This document shows positions 62,904 through 64,000 of a DNA stretch of 64,000 nucleotides, in pieces. The translations under genes and the position numbers were made by a program. Below the pieces are notes generated by a model. That model was not told the DNA's origin. It did not search any database and worked only from the letters and a program-made list of their open reading frames with translations. The DNA is taken from the NCBI GenBank assembly GCA_947471035.1, contig CANIWJ010000003.1, positions 1 through 64,000 on the forward strand. The letters run 5' to 3'. Within the stretch, counting starts at the first letter, position 1. Each line of letters starts with the position of its first letter. Source of the stretch: Verrucomicrobiota bacterium. GTDB taxonomy: Bacteria; Verrucomicrobiota; Verrucomicrobiia; Opitutales; Opitutaceae.

Positions 62904-64000
62904 ATGCCCTCCACCTCACGCCGCACTGCCGTCTTTACCGAATCGTTGATCCGGGAGATGTCCCGGGTGGCGGCCCAACATGGCGCGATCAACCTCGCCC
63001 AGGGCTTTCCCGACGGCGATCCCCCGGCGGCACTGGTCGAGGCGGCGCGGGCGGCGATGGATGCCGGTCGTCACCAATATGCGGTTACGTGGGGCGCGCC
63101 GGAGCTGCGTGACGCGCTCGCGGCCAAGCTGACCCGCTGCACCGGTCTTGCGGTCGATCCCCAGCGCGAATTAGTCGTCACTTGCGGCGCCACCGAGGCG
63201 ATGATGGTCGCGATGATGACGGTGTGCGATCCGGGCGACCGGGTGGGGCTGTTTTCACCGTTTTACGAGAACTACAACGCGGACGCCATTCTGACCGGGG
63301 CCACGCCGGTGCACGTGCGGCTGAATCCGCCGGGCTACGGTTTCGACCCGGCCGAACTGCGCTCCGCCTTCGCCAGCGGCGGCGGGCTGAAAGCCTTTAT
63401 CCTTTGCAACCCGTCCAACCCGTGCGGCCGCGTTTTCACCCGCGCCGAACTGCTCCAAATCGCGGCGCTAGCGGAGGAATTCGATACCTTCGTAATTACC
63501 GACGAAGTCTACGAGCACCTCGTATTTGATGGCCGGGAACACGTTTACTTCGCCGCGCTGCCGGGAATGGCGAAGCGAACCTTGTCGTGCTCCTCGCTCT
63601 CAAAGACCTTCTCCATCACCGGCTGGCGGCTAGGCTACGTTCACGCCCCCGCCGAGGTGATCGCCCAGGCGCGCAAGGTGCATGATTTTCTCACCGTCGG
63701 CGCGGCCGCGCCCTTGCAACATGCCGTAGTGACGGCTTTGGGCTGGGGCCCCGACTATTACGCCGGACTGGCGAAGGAATACCAATCCCGCCGCGACCTT
63801 TTGCTCGGCTACCTTGATCAAACCGGACTGGCCTATTCGCGGCCCGAGGGCGCGTATTTCGTAATGCTGGACGTGACGCCACTGGGCTTCACCAGCGATG
63901 TGGAGTGCGCGCACTGGATGGCGCGCGAAATCGGTGTCGCGCCGGTGCCGGGGTCGTCGTTTTTCCCGTATCCGGAAAACCGGTATGTGCGGCTGAATTT
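62904..64000 (+). CDS. PLP-dependent class I/II aminotransferase (partial, 3' end beyond window)
   Basis: Fold-type I aminotransferase segments including PLP-lysine context SLSKTFSITGWRLGY; no stop before window end. Confidence 0.8.
   Translation, partial: MPSTSRRTAVFTESLIREMSRVAAQHGAINLAQGFPDGDPPAALVEAARAAMDAGRHQYAVTWGAPELRDALAAKLTRCTGLAVDPQRELVVTCGATEAMMVAMMTVCDPGDRVGLFSPFYENYNADAILTGATPVHVRLNPPGYGFDPAELRSAFASGGGLKAFILCNPSNPCGRVFTRAELLQIAALAEEFDTFVITDEVYEHLVFDGREHVYFAALPGMAKRTLSCSSLSKTFSITGWRLGYVHAPAEVIAQARKVHDFLTVGAAAPLQHAVVTALGWGPDYYAGLAKEYQSRRDLLLGYLDQTGLAYSRPEGAYFVMLDVTPLGFTSDVECAHWMAREIGVAPVPGSSFFPYPENRYVRLN

Overview
High-GC (~65%) bacterial chromosomal segment, mostly densely packed housekeeping genes. 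The gene content loosely suggests Verrucomicrobiota/Opitutae-like: a pseudopilin-rich type II secretion (T2SS) operon, a gap-pgk-tpiA operon and a flotillin-like protein; this is inference only. About 60 protein-coding genes and one tRNA-Leu(UAA) are supported.

Main gene blocks:
- coaD, followed by a DevBCA/MacAB-like efflux operon with adaptor, ATPase and permease genes (930-4438).
- trpG/pabA, nrdR and a HIT-family gene.
- A secreted subtilisin-like protein.
- A dprA <- nnr operon on the minus strand whose genes overlap by 4 bp.
- A DEAD-box helicase and a PfkB sugar kinase.
- Hsp20, a LuxR-type response regulator and rlmJ.
- A PAS hybrid histidine kinase divergent from a heavy-metal efflux locus (YHS-like periplasmic protein, czcC, czcB, czcA).
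- A very large flotillin/SPFH protein carrying five tandem partial-SPFH repeats.
- tpiA <- pgk <- gap on the minus strand.
- A GH13 debranching-type enzyme divergent from mnmA.
- guaA, tRNA-Leu, uxs, tgt, rluE and an MDR oxidoreductase.
- A tightly coupled gspG-H-I-J-K-L-M pseudopilin/assembly operon.
- A methyltransferase, an unassigned 493-aa protein, sppA, a DUF59/SufT-like protein, a GT4 glycosyltransferase, kdsD/kpsF, a LysM lipoprotein, and a partial aminotransferase running off the 3' end.

No CRISPR array, transposase, integrase or phage module was seen. No obviously novel multi-gene system is evident in this window.

The most unusual signals are two families of short dispersed repeats:
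- Family A is AATGACGAATG-like heptamer arrays and palindromes.
- Family B is a ~30-bp CTAGC-rich element.
- Both sit in intergenic regions or 5' ends, and one copy of each is inserted in-frame inside a conserved gene (nnr and czcA), reminiscent of Rickettsia-palindromic-element-like behaviour.

Long antisense 'shadow' ORFs typical of high-GC DNA were rejected.
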